The notes below the pieces were generated by a model. The model did no database searches. It was not told where the DNA came from and worked only from the letters and a program-made list of their open reading frames with translations. Position numbers and translations under genes: made by a program. From assembly GCF_001194135.2 (NCBI RefSeq), contig NC_068993.1:21379496-21429687 (forward strand): a stretch of DNA of 50,192 nucleotides. Reading direction: 5' to 3'. Of the stretch, positions 50,012-50,192 are shown piece after piece (positions within the stretch are counted from its first letter, which is position 1; each line of letters opens with the position of its first letter). The stretch is from Octopus bimaculoides (taxonomy: Eukaryota).

Positions 50012-50130
<119 letters not shown>

Positions 50131-50132
<2 letters not shown>

Positions 50133-50192
50133 GCTCAGGACACAAAGCAGAGACTGAAGGATTTTTAATTAGTACACAAGACCAAAACCTCC
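50131..50192 (+). mobile_element. Start of another 5'-truncated R4/Dong-like element, continuing beyond the window
   Basis: SSGHKAETEGFLISTQDQNL, the E-G-x3-Q-D-Q motif that precedes the zinc knuckle. It is fused to (AAT)n. Confidence 0.7.

Overview
This is AT-rich, microsatellite-saturated eukaryotic DNA with many N gaps, most of them flanked by (TA)n. It is most likely Octopus; that is an inference from recognisable tRNA-derived/CORE-type SINE consensi and the repeat landscape. I could not support any host protein-coding exon. Most ORFs in the supplied track are artefacts of microsatellites or gaps. The window is a transposable-element graveyard. It holds about 12 SINE copies and three restriction-like-endonuclease (R4/Dong-like) non-LTR fragments sitting in (CATA)n or (AAT)n. 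It also holds RTE and CR1-like RT fragments, a Tc1/mariner transposase remnant, a Helitron Rep fragment and at least six Penelope-like element (PLE) pieces. The most striking unannotated structure is a recurring set of fold-back (inverted) repeats built from PLE-type 3' termini, mostly abutting (TA)n. Several carry minimal type-I hammerhead-ribozyme-like motifs with palindromic stem III, ranging from core-intact to decayed. One ~610-bp unit (17905-18518) with direct terminal repeats resembles a retrozyme or non-autonomous PLE. All alignments, identities and translations were done by eye, and coordinates of degenerate elements are approximate.
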